DNA from: Callorhinchus milii
Lineage: Eukaryota
Assembly: GCF_018977255.1 (NCBI RefSeq)
Contig: NW_024704742.1
Span: 12,030,001 to 12,094,000 of the forward strand
Reading direction: 5' to 3'
DNA: 64,000 nt
Position numbers and translations under genes: made by a program
Shown: positions 37,185 to 50,010 of the stretch, piece after piece
How the letters are laid out: each line of letters starts with the position of its first letter
How positions within the stretch are numbered: the first letter of the stretch is position 1
The notes under the pieces: generated by a model
The model's input: the letters and a program-made list of their open reading frames with translations, nothing else
Told to the model about the DNA's origin: nothing
Databases searched by the model: none

Positions 37185-38035
37185 AATCACAGAATCGCAG
37201 AATTATACTGCACAGAAGGCCATTCGGCCCATTGTGTGTGTGCTGGCTCTTTTAAAAGATCTATCCAAATCAATTGCAATCCCCCGCTCTCTCCCCATAG
37301 CCCTGCAAACTTGTCCTCTCCAAATCATTATCTACTTCTCTCTTAAAAGCTGTTATTGAATCGGCTTCCACCACCCTTTCAGACAATGCATTCCAGATCT
37401 GAACAATTCGTTGTGTGAATACATTTCTCCTCACCTCCCCTCTGTGTTTTTTAAACAACTAGTTTAAATCAGTGCCCTCAGGTTACCGACCCACCCGCCA
37501 ATGGAAGTAGTTTCTCCTTGTTCACCCTATTGAATCCCCTCATAATTTTGAAAACTTCTATTAAGTCTCCTCTTAACCTTCTCTGATCCAAGGAGAATAA
37601 TCCTAGCGTCTCTAGCCTCTCCTGAAAACTGAAGTCCCTCATTCCTGGTACCACCCTGGTAAATCTCCTTTGCACCCTCTCCAATGCCTCGATATCCAGA
37701 ACATAGTCTCTCGCTGAGGCCTAACCAGTGTTTTATAAAGATTCATCATAACTTCCTGACTTTTGTATTCTATGCCCCTATTTATAAAGCCTGGTATCCC
37801 ATATGCTTTTTTTAACAGCTTTATCTACCTGTCCTGCCATCTTCAAAGATTTACATATATGAATCCCCCAGGTCTCTCTATTCCTTTAACCCCTTTAAGA
37901 TTGTACCATCAGCTTATATTGCCTCTTCATTTTGCCTCCCAAAATGCATCACTTTGCATTTCTCCACATTAAACTTCATCTGCCATGTGTCTGCCTATTT
38001 TACCAGCCTGTCTATGTCCTCTTGCAGTCTGTTTC
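37185..38035 (-). mobile_element. CR1 LINE 3' part
   Basis: ERVQRRFTRVVPGMRDFS...LRGDLIEVFKIM; same subfamily as 24796-25650. Confidence 0.94.
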
Positions 38036-38174
38036 CCCTTTACTCAGAGATTAAATGCAAGGATTATTATTATTATTATTATAAATATCTGGCAAGCACA
38101 AAGTAACAACAAACTTGATGAAAACTCAAAATATCTATAATTTTTTCAGAAGTATTCAGCCACCAGATAAATAA

Positions 38175-38424
38175 AATAATAATAATCCTTGCATTTGATA
38201 TAGCGCTTTTCACGTCGGGAGGACGTCCCAAAGCGCTTCACAGAACACACTGTAAAGTGAATTGACTGTATATATGTGGGCGAACGCAGCAGCCAATTGC
38301 GCACAGCAATGTCCCACAAACAGTCATAGATTGAAAATGACCCAATTTATTATTATTTTTGGTTTTGGAGGGATTATTATTAGGCGTGTGGAGTAAGGAA
38401 ACTTGCCCAAGGTTTCGCCCTGCC
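38175..38424 (-). mobile_element. tRNA-derived SINE lacking most of the head
   Basis: Matches 44041-44295. Confidence 0.92.
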
Positions 38425-38544
38425 TTCATTGTTCTATTTCTTTGTTGGATTCTGTCTTCCCGCAAAAATTGATCTCCTTTCATCGGACAAAGAACATTCT
38501 CATAAAATCACAGAAACCAAGAAATCTTTAATTTGTACATTCTA

Positions 38545-38900
38545 TTCCTACCTCTGTGAACTGCTAACTCCTTATCAACCTGTCCACTCCCTCCTCTCAG
38601 CAGGCTCCGGCTTGCTCCACATCCCCGCCTGACACGCCCCACCATTGGCGATTGGACCTTCAGTCTATCTGCCCCCACCCTTTGGAAGTTCATCCCACAT
38701 TCCCTTCACCTTCTTCAAGGCATATCTCAAGACCCTCCTCTTCGACCATGTTTCACCTCCTAACCTCCCTGCCCCCAGCCTCCCTTATCCCAAAACCTCC
38801 CAACCCCTCCACCCTGCTTGGGTCCAAATCCCTGACTTTCCAGTGCCTTGGGACATCCTTCCAATGTGAAAGGCACTATACAAATATAATTTTGTATTGT
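38545..38900 (+). mobile_element. L2 LINE 3' end
   Basis: Ends 'cttgggacatccttccaatgtgaaaggcactatacaaat'. Confidence 0.85.
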
Positions 38901-39347
38901 ATCGTAAGTAAGCACTGTAGTGAGTCGCAACCTACCACAAAAGCATAGAAGAGTACACAGGGCCCTGGAAACTCTGGTGTGTGAAAAGCGTTGAGAGAAT
39001 GTAAAAGCGTTGAGAATGTAAAACATTCTTTACTGGGACAGCCTTTCCTGCGTGTCAGATAGCGCACATAGATTATCAACAATCACCGTGCGAGGAGAGA
39101 TGTGTGAGCGTACAGAGAAAATGCTGCGACAGCCAAAGCAACATGGTTTGAGTAGCCTGATGTCCTGATGAATCAAACCGAGCTGGCAACACTGTTTCCA
39201 GGCAACAACACAAGCCACAAGGATGATCGATTCATCCTGAGGCTCTCCACCCTACCAACATACACAGACACACTCCCTCCTACCTCCAGTCTTGGAAACC
39301 ATCATTGTGTAGCACCTACAAAATTAATATGCACATATATCTATACA

Positions 39348-40093
39348 CAGTAGAAACCTGGTTTGTGGTCACCTCCATAATCCAGCCACCTCATAACTGT
39401 GGGCACATATTCACAGTCTCTTTCATTGTCAATGTTAAAAGATAGGCTGTCTGCTTCATTATTTGTGGCCGTTACAGTGCCCTCTTCCAATTCAAATGCG
39501 GTACAGATACCCCCCTCCACTGCTAACCTGTACAGTACACAGTGCGCTAGTCCTCGAGCTTCTCACGCGGTTTCCTCAAAGTTGCTACTGTGGGTGGAGT
39601 GGGCTCCAGTCGCACATGCGTGGCGTGGGGAGTGTTGGGATCGCGGAAACGGCACAAGCAGAAAATTGACTTGGCCCAGCGCCCGCGGCCTAACCTGAGC
39701 TCCTGTGGACAATTATTGGTAAGTGCTGTAAACATGCCACCACAGAGGGAATTGTCCTTACTTGAGAGAGTGGACTTGTTCAAGAAAAGTGAGGGCAAAA
39801 GTCATAGAGAGTTAGCTGTGATTCTATGGCATTAACAGAACACACATTGGATGCAATCTCAAAAGGTAGGCTGAATACATGACAGCTTTTGTTTTAAATG
39901 TGACAATGCCTTTATTTCAATTGAGATTGCAAAGTATGGTTGTTGAATGTTCATCACCCTTGCCCATTACCAATGCCCTTAACATTACATCAGTGACCTG
40001 AATCACCCGACCTGTTTCAATAATCAGGTCACCTCACTAAGTAGGTCACTTTTGCCCAGTCACTTGTGTGACCGGATTCGTGAGGTTCTACTG
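39348..40093 (+). mobile_element. Internally deleted Tigger/pogo-like (Tc1-mariner) DNA transposon
   Basis: Inverted ends CAGTAGAA(A)CCT...AGGTTCTACTG, subterminal 'ggtcacctc' repeats, and from 39734 MPPQRELSLLERVDLFKKSEGKSHRELA, resembling a CENP-B-type N-terminal HTH. Confidence 0.78.
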
Positions 40094-40299
40094 TGTGTGT
40101 ATATATATATAGTTGTACTTTCAGCATATGGCTTTAGAGGTCCATATATATAAGAATAAAGCTTTATAATAATGTTATAATTGCCTTTGACAAGTCACTT
40201 GCAAAGCCAACCAGTTAAGCTAGGTCTGCACCTTGCTTGTACCTCACATCACACACTAATAGATTGTGTTGCAATGTATTGGATAAGATGCAAAACTAC

Positions 40300-41765
40300 A
40301 CAATTCAAATAGATATATATATAGCACCTTTCACATCGGGAGTAATTTTCAAAGCATTGACAATGCTGGATGGGCACTTAAGCTGGGGTTGGGAGCAGAA
40401 TGGGGTGGAGAGGGATAAGATGACCCCTCGGTCAGAGGTAGATTTTGAGATGTGCCATAAAATGTCCAGTTTGATACAAAACCAGGAACACAAACAATTG
40501 CAAATGAACCGATCGTTCATGCTTTCCTTACAAAGTCTTCAAAGTTCGCTCACATAAATCATTTGAAGGTGAGGACGAGGATTCTTAAAGTTGATCTGCT
40601 GGAGAGTAGGGAGCCAGTGAAGTTGCGCAAAGATGGAGGTGAAAGGGTTGCAGAGCCTGGTAAGGGAGAAGATATCATTTGCAGGGTTCTGGAGTTTGTG
40701 GAAGGTTGAGCTGGGCAGGCTGGAGAGCAGGACATTAGAAATATTGAGTTTGGATGTGACAAACAAATGGTTAATGGTGTCAGCTGTGTTGGGTGTAGCA
40801 GTAGCATGCTGATGTGGGCAATGTGGGCAGGAAGCATGAAGCAAGCTGGAGTTGGTGTAATGGGTCGAATCACAGGAGACTGCTAAAGTGAGGTGATGCC
40901 ATGGAGGAATTTGAAGATGAGGATGAGGATCTTAAGGCTGATCCATTGGAGCGTAGTGTTAGAAAATAAAATCAGCCAAATCTGTAAGGAAATAACGCTA
41001 ATTCCTCTAACCAGATATCAGACTGTTTTATTATAATTCATTCGTTATTCCACAATATCCCGATAGGTCAGACCAAAGGCCGGTACAATCAACAGATCTT
41101 ATAACAGAATAACACCACTCGAGTTCAAGAGTTCAACATTGTGTCTTTACAGCACACAAGCTTGATTCTTCATGCTTTCAGTCTTCTTGCTTACAGCTTT
41201 CAATCCTCCATCTGATATCCTCAGTCTTAGTGTTTCTAGCTCTCAGTCTTCCATCTCCGTACCCTTGTCTCCACAGCCCGGGATGGCCCCATCTCCCGAA
41301 TCCATGTCTCCGCGACCCGGTACAGCTCCATCTCCCGTATCCTTGTCTCCGCGACCCGGGACGGCCCCGTACACAAAGTTATCGGAACTCTTATACCAAT
41401 GTTCATCCAATCATGGTGCGGACATTAGGTCACCTGGCCAAAATCATGCTGGGTTCACGTGAACATCTCATGGGGTGTACGTGCCTCAGCACACAAACAC
41501 ACTGTCCTTGAGACAGTCCGTTATCTCGTGTCCGTGTAGGGAGTTTCAGTCCAGCTGCCCACAACACACTTAACTTAAAAGTTAACCCGTTCGCAACATC
41601 TATTATGATTTTAACATTATACAAAAAGTGTAAATTCTTACAGTAGGGAGCCAGTGAAGCTGGAGATGGAAGAAAATGGGCTTAGTGAGATGAAAGATTG
41701 AAGGAGAGTTAAGGGTTGAACAAAACAGCACAAGTTCTGCACAAGCTCCATGATTTGGAGGGAGG
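40300..41765 (-). mobile_element. Old L2 fragments interrupted by the LTR at 40957
   Basis: TSKLNISNVLLSSLP...LHWLPTLQQINFK resembles the L2 ORF2 C-terminus. Confidence 0.8.
40957..41642 (-). mobile_element. Solo LTR with 4-bp TSD GTAG
   Basis: GTAG|TGTTAG...CTTACA|GTAG; the empty site restores L2 'ggagcgtagggagccagtga'; on the minus strand a CCAAT-type box, TATAAG and AATAAA occur in order. Confidence 0.9.
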
Positions 41766-43182
41766 ACCCAAAGTCCATTCCTTCACAAGTAATTTGAGGT
41801 TTATTGGGAGGTTAGCTTTGAGAAGATAATGCACAACATTATCGGACTTTAATGACAATATCAAAATAAAAAGTGTGGTTTTATTCCTCCTAATTTGATC
41901 ATTATTTACATGGCCAATGCCATTTGTTGCTTTAACCGTTAAATATTTGTGTTCTTGATACAGAGTGATAAATAGGTCCTGTTGCAATTATTTTAAACAT
42001 CAATGAATCTTTTGTGTGACTTTTTTTTAACTAGGCTTCAACAAGGGCTGTGAATTTGCAACTTGCGTGATCCGAGTAGCTTTAAGCATCTGTATGTCTG
42101 AAATGTTTCACTACTGCAGCCTCACATGTTACAGGAAAAATAGGAATTGTGGATTATAATCCTTGCATTTGATATTGCGCTTTTCACATCTTCTCGACAT
42201 CTCAAAGCGCTTCACAGAATAGACAGTAAAGTGAATTGACCATATATTTGTGGGGGATTATATGCATAATGTTGATAATGTGATTTTCCTTATTAGAAAA
42301 TCGTACATATGCCTGCCCAGGTTCGGAGAGGGGGGGAAACAGTGGGGAAATCCCACATCCCAGTTGTCTATAACACTTTTTGACATACTAAGTACCAAAT
42401 ACTGTATAATTCTCTAATATTTAACAATTTTATGTTAACCTCTCTTTGAATACCATCTAAAGATATCTCTAACAAAGGCATTGGTTTTACAGAAGCTTCA
42501 TAGAACCACGCATGGAATTCCCTGATCATTTTGAGATTTAAATCTCCTTGATTAAGAGGCGGATTTTTCATGGATCAACTTCTCCATTATTTCCACTAAC
42601 TCAGAGACGTATTGCACAAAGTATGGTTTTGTTTTTCAGTATAATGGATGACATACGGTGGATTTTGCTCTGACTTTCCCATCAGTCTTCTTTCCCGTTA
42701 ATGAGATGCTTCTTCTATATTAGCTGATCCACTCCTCGTTGCTCACATTTGGGACTCTGTTTACTGAACATCCCTGATTGACATTTAACCTAATGAAGCA
42801 GTGATACAGATATTTTTAATTATATTTTTCATAAAGGGTACTATGTTCCCAGGAGATTAGACCACACTTTATTTAATTTTCCAGCACAAGCAAAACAATT
42901 ATAAACAAGCCAAAAAGCTGAATAAACCCCCGATTGGGAGATTGAACATATCAGATTTTTATCCCCTTTACTAAGGGTTTAAAACAATACAGATCATAAA
43001 GATCATAACTGCAGTCATGTAAGGTGAAGCTCCAAGTATTAATATACATCAGAGCTCCAGACCCTACCCTGCATGAAGGATGCTAAAGGCAAGTTGTTGT
43101 TGTCATCATATTTACACACCTAGTCCAAACTGCTAAATACTAACTGCTGAGCTGATTTTTTTTTAAAATGGGTCTAAGAACA

Positions 43183-43890
43183 TATCATCATCCTCATCCA
43201 TCCTCACCATCCATCATCATCATCATCCATCATCATCATTCATCATCATCATCATCCATCATTAACATCATCATTAATATCATCATTATCCATCATCATC
43301 ATTGTCCATCATCATCATCATCATCCATCGGTAACATCATCATCCATCATCATCATCCATCAACAGCATCCATCATCATTGTCATCATCCATCATCATCA
43401 TCCATCATCATCATTCATCATCATCATCACCCATCATTGACATCATCATTAATATCATCATCATCCATCATCATCATCATCCATTATTAACATCATCATC
43501 ATCATCATCCATCATCATCCATCATCAGCATCCATCAGCATCATCCATCATCAGCATCATCGATCATCAGCATCCATCATCCATTGTTCATCATCATCAT
43601 AATCCATCATCATCATCATCCATCATCATCCATGGATGATGGAAGATAATGATGATGGATGATGATGATGATGATGATGACGGATGATGATGGATGATGA
43701 TGATAATGATGGATGATGAGGGATAATGGATAATGATGATGATGGATGATGATAGATGAGGATGATGATGAGGAGGAGGATAACGATGATGAGGATCATG
43801 ATGATGAGAATGATGATGATCAGGATGATGAGGATGATGATAAGGATAAATATGAAGATGATGATGATGATGAGAATAATGATGATGATG
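43183..43890. repeat. Inverted microsatellite: (CAT/CATC)n then (ATG/GATG)n
   Basis: Strand switch at the palindrome CATCCATGGATG, centre 43632/43633. Confidence 0.97.
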
Positions 43891-44040
43891 CTTGTATTTG
43901 ATATAGGGCCTTATCACATTTTCGAAACGTCTCAAAGTGCTTCACAGAATATACTGTGAAGGGAACTGACTGTATATTTTGTGGGCGAAAAGCAGCAGCC
44001 AATTGTGCACAGCAGTGCCCACAAACAGTCATGGATTAAG

Positions 44041-44362
44041 TAATAATAATAATAATAATCCTTGCATTTGATATAGCGCTTTTCACGTCGGGAGGACGTC
44101 CCAAAGCGCTTCACAGAACACACTGTAAAGTGAATTGACTGTATATTTGTGGGCGAACGAGGCAGCCAATTGCGCACAGCAATGTCCCACAAACAGTCGT
44201 GGATTGAAAATGACCAATTTATCATTGTTTTTGGTTTTGGAGGGATTATTATTAGGCGTGTGGAGTAAGAAAACTTGCCCAAGGTTTCGCCCTCTGCCTG
44301 GAATTGAACTCAGGTCTCTCGCTTGCAAAGCGAGAGCTCTAACCACTGAGCTACAGGACTCC
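44041..44362 (-). mobile_element. tRNA-derived SINE, full length
   Basis: Young family; AAGTAA on both sides. Confidence 0.95.
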
Positions 44363-44521
44363 ACAAAGTAACCAAATTATTAGTATTATTTACTTATTTA
44401 AAGAGATTATTATCCCCAGAAATGGAATCTGCCAATCGACTAACAACCGAGTTCCTACTTACTGCTAGGCAAACTGAGGCATGTGGAGTAAGGAAACCTG
44501 CCCAACATTTTGTCCTGCTGG

Positions 44522-45366
44522 TGTTAGAATATACACTTTTTGTATACTGCTAGAATCATAATAGATGTTGTGAATGGGTTAACTTTTAAGTTAAGTGTGG
44601 GGGACAACTGGACTGACAGTCATGGGATAGGACACATCTGGTTTTCTCTGTTTTTGAAAGAATAACGGACAAGGGCAGAGGGTCACCTCTTATCAGTAAA
44701 TGACAACAAGCCACAGAGGTAACAGTCCAAGGTACCAGTCGACACGGGATCTCTACTGAGCAACAAGTCGCTAGATTCTGACAGGGCCTGCCAACCGACA
44801 GAAGGCAACCCTCAAGAATAGCAGCTAATGAGCAAGTTGCTTAAACTAGAGGACCTTGGTACCATCCCGGGATACTGATAAGGAATAACTAGTCACTTAA
44901 AATGAATGTACCAATGATCTCACACCACAAAATAATGAGCACCAGATACAGCCCTAAACTGATCAATCCTCTATCTTAGACAATTAGATCAGATAACAGG
45001 GGTCTTAAGGACAATATGTATGTGTGCTGAGGCATGTACACTCAGCATGATTTTGGCCAGGTGACCTAATGTCCGCACCATGATTGGATGGACACAAGCT
45101 TAAGACACAGTGCCAGACCAAGATCGGGCCGTGCTCAGGACAGTACCTACCGTGGATGGAAGACTGAGAACTAGAAGACAGAAGTAGACGACCACGAGGA
45201 GGAATTATGCGGTAGCACTGTTCTGTTAGTAAATTGATTGATTGTGCTTACTTGCCGACGCCCATCGGGAACTTGGACGGATCTTGGAGTTTAATAAACA
45301 CTACTCTGGTTGCAAACAGTGGTTGTGTTTGATTGGAACTCAAAAAGAAGATTTTATTTTCTAACA
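44522..45366 (+). mobile_element. Solo LTR with 4-bp TSD CTGG, related to 40957-41642
   Basis: CTGG|TGTTAG...CTAACA|CTGG; AATAAA at 45293; both ends homologous to the reverse complement of 40957-41642. Confidence 0.92.
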
Positions 45367-45942
45367 CTGGGAATCAAACCCAGGTGCTCTGGCTTGTGAG
45401 GCAAGTACTCTAACCACTAAGCTATAGGACTTCACAATGGAATGAAAAGAAGCACTTTCTACATAACAACAAAGCCTTTGAGCCTTCAGAAGGTGGATGG
45501 CAGATACCAAGAGCTCCCTGTGAGCTTCTTAATAGGAAACACAGCTCAGCATGAAATATTTGAGAGTATTGGCATCTTCCTACTTACAACTCCAACACAA
45601 ATCCTTTCACATTGAGCGACTTTGCCACCAGTTGGAAGTGTGGAGCTTGAGCAGCAGCTGCTTGCCTCTCTGCAAACAGTCAGACTGGATTCCAAGCTAA
45701 AGATGTTGAAACGCATGTTCACATACTCAAACTCAGGCTACACCTTCCAGCAGCTGTCATTCCCAAGCCTCAGAATTTCCTTATCAGCTACCTGCCAGGC
45801 ATTTGGAGGGAGGAACTTTACAGGACAGTTTTTGGTGTGCCAGCCACCTTGATGTTCTCAAAGTCCAAGTCCAATACCGTGGACCAGGCTTTTTCAGCAC
45901 CAGCTGTTTAATCCAGATCCTCTTTTGAGGAGCCTTGGCAAA

Positions 45943-48724
45943 TAGATTCATAGATTCATAGAATGTTATGGCACAGAAGGAGGCCATTCAGCCCATCGAG
46001 TCTGTGCCGGTTCTTTGACAGAGCAAGTCACTTTCACTAACCCCAATCACCAGCTTTCTCCCCATATCCCTGCAAACCCGTCTTCCCCAGATACCTATCC
46101 AGTTCTCGCTTAAAAGCAGTTATCAAATCGGACTTCACTGCCCTTTCAGGCAGATCATTCCAAATTATAACAACTCGCTGAGTGAAACAATTTCTTCTAA
46201 CCTCCCCTCTGCTTCTTTTGGTAGATATCTTAAGACTGTGACCACTGGTCATAGACACACCTACCAGCAGAAACAGCTTTTCCCTATCTAGCTAGTCGAA
46301 ACCTTTCATGATCTTGAAGACCTCTATCAGGTCCCCGCGTAACCTTTTCTGCTCTAATGGGAAATGTCCCAACTTCTCCAGCCTGTCCTCATAGCTAAGG
46401 TTCCCCATTCCTGGTATCATTCTCGTGAATCTCCTCTGCACCCTTTCCAGTGCTTTAATGTCCTTCCTGAAGTAAGGTGCCTGGAACTGGACGCAGTACT
46501 CCAGCTGAAGCCTAACCAGTGTTTTGTATAGATTAAGCATAACCTCCCTACTCTTATAGCTTAAAGCTCCGTACACCGAATGCCTTTTTTACTACCTTAT
46601 CTACCTGCCCCGCTACCTTTAATGATTCGCTTACTTGAACAACCAGATCTCTCTGTACGTTCACCCCCCTTAAGTTTGAGCTACCAAGTCTATATTGCCT
46701 CCTATCATTTTTCCTACCTAAGTGTATCACCTCACACTTATCCACATTGAAATCCATCTGCCACATGTCAGCCCATTCCACCATTCTGTGTATGTCTGCC
46801 TGCAGTTGGTTACAGTCCTCCTCACTATTTACTACCCTACCTAACTTTGTATCATCTGCAAACTTGGAAATAGTGCTCTCTATGCCCAAGTCCAGATCAT
46901 TAATATATATTAGAAAGAGCAGTGGTCCCAATACCGATCCCTGGGGGACACCGCTGCACACCTCCTTCCATTTCGAGAAACACCCATTAACCACCACCCT
47001 CTGCTTTCTGTCACTCAGCCAGTTCTTAATCCAAACTGCCACTGTTCCCTTAATACCGTGGGCCTCTACATTTTTTATTAATCTCTTATGCGGTACTGTG
47101 TCAAAAGCCTTTTTGAAATCCATGTTAATAACGTCCACCGCATTTCCCTCATCAACCCTCGCAGTCACCTCTTCAAAAAATTCTATTAGATTTGTTAGGC
47201 AAGATTTGCCTTTAACAAATCCATGTTGGCTGTCTCTAATTACCTAATTTTCCTGTAAATAGAGATTTATTTTGTCCCGGATTATGGTCTCCAGTAATTT
47301 TCCTATTACCGAAGTTAGGCTGACTGGCCTGTAATTTCCAGTTTGTCTTTCTGCCCCTTTTTGTAGAGTGGGGTAACATTAGCCACTCTCCAGTCTCTTG
47401 GCACCACTCCTGTGTCCAATGAAGATTGAAATATAATGGCCAAAGCCTCCGCTATTTGAACCCGTATCTCCCACAGCAACCTTGGCTGAAACCCATCTGG
47501 TCCTGGTGACTTATTAATTTTGAGCCCAGTCAATCTTTTCAGAACTTCCTCTCTGTCTGTAGTAATCTGATCTATGTCCTCTACCCTCTCATCCAATACT
47601 GCGGCCTTTGGGGCATCCATTTCCGTTGTGAAGACAGATGCAAAGTACTCGTTCAGTACATCAGCCATGCCCTCTGCCTCCACAAGAAGATTGCTGTCAT
47701 TGTCTTTGATTGTCTGTCCGGTTGGTCTGTATTAAACCCCTATCAGTGTAACCACTCCTTTCTTATTTCTTATCTCTAAGCAGATGGATTCTGTTGTCGG
47801 GCCCTCCAGAGCCTCGTTCCTTTCTACAGCTATAATTGTATCCTTAACTAATACTGCCATTCCTCCTCCTTTTCTTCCTTCTCTATCCATCCTGAACACA
47901 TTTAACTCCCATTCCTGTCCTGGCTTGAGCCATGTCTCGGTTACTGCCACCACATCGTAACCCCCTACCGCCAGTTGAACCTGCAGCTCATCAACCTTAT
48001 TCCCTAAGCTACGTGCATTTAGGTACATGCATTTGAGGAAATTGTCTGCTTGTACCTGCTATACACTTCCCACTTGTATTTTTCTTTTAATCTCTAATCC
48101 ATTGTTTATCCTTGGATACCCATCCCCACTCGACACCAGTTTAAATCCACCCCTACAGCATTTGATAATCTCTTGGCAAGGAAGCTCACCCCTGCCTTGC
48201 TTAAGTGCCGCCCATCCTCCAGGTAAAGATCCCACCTCCCCCAGTAGTGGTCCCAATTGTCCAGAAAATGGAAACCTTTTTTTCCGGACCATTTCTCCAG
48301 CCAATTGTTCATGCCCCTGATCCTTTCATTATGATGCCTTGTTGCCCGAGGTACTGGGAGTAATGCAGAGATCACCACCTTGGATGTTCTGGACTTGAGT
48401 TTGCTCCCCAGCTTTTGATACTCGCCCTGGAGCATCTCAGCCCTCTTCTTACCAATATCGTGGGTCCCCACATGGACCACAACTTCTGGACATTCTCCTT
48501 CCCCCCGAAGAATCTTGTCCATGCGCTCTATGAAGTCCACTACCCTTGCACCAGGAAGGCAGCAAACCATCCTAGCCTCACGATTCTGATTACAGTAGAT
48601 CCTGTCAGTGCCTCTTACTGTTGAATCACCTATCACAACTGTATTGCCCTTGTGAACCATGCCCTTGTCCTGTTGGACAGAATGTCCACTGCTGTCCTCA
48701 CGAGAGGCTTCCACGCTCTCAATA
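45943..48724 (-). mobile_element. CR1 LINE, 5'-truncated within ORF1, with internal ORF2 deletion
   Basis: ORF1 SGNH-esterase-like GDS...VHVGTHD...DGRHL; EN MYLNARSL...VTETWL; RT DFKKAFD, SGVPQGSVLGP, FADD; tail at 45943-45965. Confidence 0.96.
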
Positions 48725-48929
48725 GATGGGCTCACTGTGAATCCAATTCTGTTTCCGATGAGTTCAGTGACATTTGAAATGGAGAGTGCATTATCTCCCC
48801 AGGGGAATGCACCCTGCTCCAACTCCAGAAAGGGCAAGCAATTAGTTGGCAAGAGCAGAGGATTGATGATCCCAATGTGTAAAATAGAGTGAACTTTAGC
48901 TTGGCATTGAGAACACCTGCCATAACATA

Positions 48930-49382
48930 GCCATCACAACAGTGCTTGTCAGGCACCATTGGCTCCCAACTGATTGACTTTGAATTCCTTAACTTCACTT
49001 ATAAATCCCTTCATGCCTTAGCACCTCCCTACCTCTGGGATATTTTTCTACTCCACTCTTCTGCTCTCCATCTCTGCTCAGCTACCTGTGGCCTGATGTG
49101 CCCCCCACTCCCTCCCCACTACCATTGGTGGCAGAATCTTCCATTACTGTGCCCTTTACCTTGGGAAGTCCCTTCTTCTACTATTTAGTCTCATCCCCCT
49201 GTCTTTCTGTCTTTAATCCCACCTAAAAATGTACCTCTTTGACTGAACTGTCACAGTGGGCAAATGCCAAGGCCCCTCCCCCTCCCCTGTTCTCCCTTGC
49301 TCACTTCCAACTTTGGGATTGTGATGCACTCAGAAATTTTATTCTATTTTAAGGGTGCTATATAAATGCAAGTTGCTGTTGT
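48930..49382 (+). mobile_element. Old L2 3' end
   Basis: YKSLHALAPPYL; tail 'aagggtgctatataaatgcaagttg'. Confidence 0.8.
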
Positions 49383-49589
49383 CTACCTAGGATAATATTG
49401 TCTATTTGGGCTTTGACTTGCAGGATTAACAGGAACTCAGTAGAACAAATGCCTACATCCAGTGACTGCAGTGCTCCTACAAATCCTCCTGATGAACCAA
49501 GCCAATTGGTCCATCAACAACAGTATTTGGAAATATTGCAGACCTGCCTGGCTCTGGATCTGGGAAATCAAGACAGACACCGAAGATTG

Positions 49590-50010
49590 GGTGTCAACCT
49601 CGCTCATTTGGTAGCTCTCTCAGCTCCAAGTCAGAAGGTTGTGCATTCAAACCCCATGTTGGGACTTTGAACTCAATGTCTAGATCGACATTCCAGTGCA
49701 ATGCTGGGGATGTGTTGCATTGTTAGAGATGCCATGCTTTGGATGAGATGTTACACTGAGATCCTGTCTGCCTGTTCAGGCAGATATTAAAGATGCCATA
49801 ACACTATTCAAAAAGAGAAGTGAGTTTATCCCAGTGTCCAAACAACCCCCTAAATAAAATTGGTTATTTGCAAACATGGTTGTGTGTGGGACATTGCTAT
49901 GGGCAAATTGGCTTCCCTGAATACACAGTCGCTACTCTTTACAGTTTATCCTTTAAAGTGCTTTGAGATGTCTTCCCAATATGAAAGCCAACTATGACAA
50001 ATACAACAAT
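49590..50010 (+). mobile_element. tRNA-head Deu-domain SINE
   Basis: 'gctcatttggtagc...ttcaaacccca' head, Deu core, and SINE-like 3' half. Confidence 0.8.

Larger units (their letters stand above)
43890..45433 (-). mobile_element. Older long-subfamily SINE split by a young SINE and a solo LTR
   Basis: Pieces 43890-44040, 44366-44521 and 45367-45433 reassemble in order. Confidence 0.85.

Noticed and set aside
43168..44032. His/Ile/Ser- and Met/Asp-rich ORFs
   Set aside because: Translations of the (CAT)n/(ATG)n microsatellite.
40957..45366. The two LTRs as ends of one provirus or composite element
   Set aside because: Opposite orientation, different TSDs and lengths, and no gag/pol between them.
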